DNA of 63,191 bases, filler included, from Globobulimina sp. (lineage: Eukaryota): assembly GCA_003354225.1 (NCBI GenBank). It is 45 parts of 45 records of this genome, joined end to end, with 100 filler letters (N's around TTAATTAATTAA, not from the genome) between each part and the next. Parts side by side here need not be neighbours in the genome. Positions count along the whole stretch, not along the records: positions 61,887 to 63,191 come from PIVH01019019.1; 44 more parts are not named here. One strand, given 5' to 3'. The first letter of the stretch is position 1. Every line of letters starts with the position of its first letter. Both the position numbers and the translations under genes were made by a program. The notes below the pieces were generated by a model, which saw only the letters and a list, made by a program, of their open reading frames with translations, was not told the origin of the DNA and did not search any database. Below are positions 62,301 through 63,191 of the stretch, piece by piece.

Positions 62301-62534
62301 ACATGAATGCTTTCTTAAATACCTTTTTTATTAAAACTAACATCAATAATTCTCTCTTCCTCTTGCGACTACGTCTCTGTCTCGCAATGACCAGATATTG
62401 TTCAGTTATTAATTGTATCAATGTTGGTTTTGAATATTTTTTGCGATAATAAGATGCTATGGTTTTTTTTACATCGTTTGGAAGGAAATATGATGTGATG
62501 TTACATTTTTGTCTGAAATAAGCACCAACCAATA

Positions 62535-62681
62535 AAGAGCATCAGATTTTCAGCGTCAGATTTTTATTGGGGTAAGGTGGATGCAAACCGTTTCTGGTGA
62601 TTGACAAAAGTAAAAATTATATAGGTTTGCCTTCGTTTCTCAGAAACAATAATAATCTGACGTTGAAAACCGGATGCTCTT
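62535..62681. repeat. Imperfect inverted repeat, about 35-bp arms with about 77-bp spacer (MITE-like)
   Basis: AAGAGCATCAGATTTTCAGCGTCAGATTTTTATTG versus CAATAATAATCTGACGTTGAAAACCGGATGCTCTT; inner GCAAACC/GGTTTGC. Confidence 0.8.
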
Positions 62682-62768
62682 ATCATCTTCGTCTATAACA
62701 TGTTGTTTGTAAATTCATTTTTTGAATGGTTGCATATTTGAGTGAGTCAAAAAAATAACTCTAAAACA

Positions 62769-63089
62769 ATGACAAAGAAGGAATACTGGACAGATATTTT
62801 TACGCCTCAGAGACTATGGGCCATATTTTTCAGTTAATAGCCAATTTATATTATGTTAAAAAGAAACAATGAGAATTTATTATTTTATATAGTCCAATTA
62901 AACGAAGGTTATCAAATGAACGCAATATTACCATTTGTTGTATTCATGATTCGGGATTTTAATTTCTCTGAAAATTCAGTCGGTGTATATGCAGGTCTAT
63001 TAACAGCAACCTTTGCATTGTGCCAATTTCTGTCCTCGTACTTTTGGGGCTGGTTTTCAGATTACAAGGGTCGGAAAATAGGCGGCTGA
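62769..63089 (+). CDS. MFS transporter N-terminus (ZIFL/DHA1-like); intron 62833-62892
   Basis: LPFVVFMIRDF, GVYAGLL, WGWFSDYKGRK (motif A). Confidence 0.85.
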
Positions 63090-63191
63090 ATCCACCATGT
63101 AAACGCAAACAGCACAACACCACAGAAAGCCATTTGGATTCCAATTTCAGTAGAATCAAAGCCCAACGTTTGCGCCATCAATAAAGGCACC

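Noticed and set aside
1-63191. Alternative genetic code; rRNA or tRNA genes
   Set aside because: Conserved genes read through under the standard code once introns are removed, with TAA, TAG and TGA all used as stops; no rRNA or tRNA signature was recognised

Overview
This window is not one locus. It is an artificial concatenation of 45 short, unrelated contigs sorted by length (1308 down to 1305 bp), joined by 100-nt N-padded TTAATTAATTAA linkers that stop all six frames, so adjacency across a linker means nothing. Most contigs are AT-rich eukaryotic gene fragments with 50-120 nt spliceosomal introns. The family mix suggests a foraminiferan/rhizarian genome (inference from recall, not a search): Kelch tails, 'L..GYIR' SPRY proteins, ADP-ribosyltransferase-like repeats and tail-collar proteins. 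Mixed in are one probable giant-virus contig, two Polinton/Maverick-like contigs with metazoan-style introns, retroelement fragments (Gypsy integrase, DIRS-like tyrosine recombinase, non-LTR RT, an LTR 3' end), repeat-rich non-coding contigs and amplification-type chimeras with bacterial DNA. The most notable signals are: an A32-type packaging ATPase whose Walker A motif is split by an intron; C2H2 fingers fused to a Polinton pPolB-like N-terminal region; three copies of a divergent ART-like family plus a viral R-S-E ART; a beta-thymosin motif fused to a class IV sirtuin; an RPB2 fragment fused to a SAP domain; and several apparent pseudoenzymes. All family calls come from motif recognition by eye; no searches were run.
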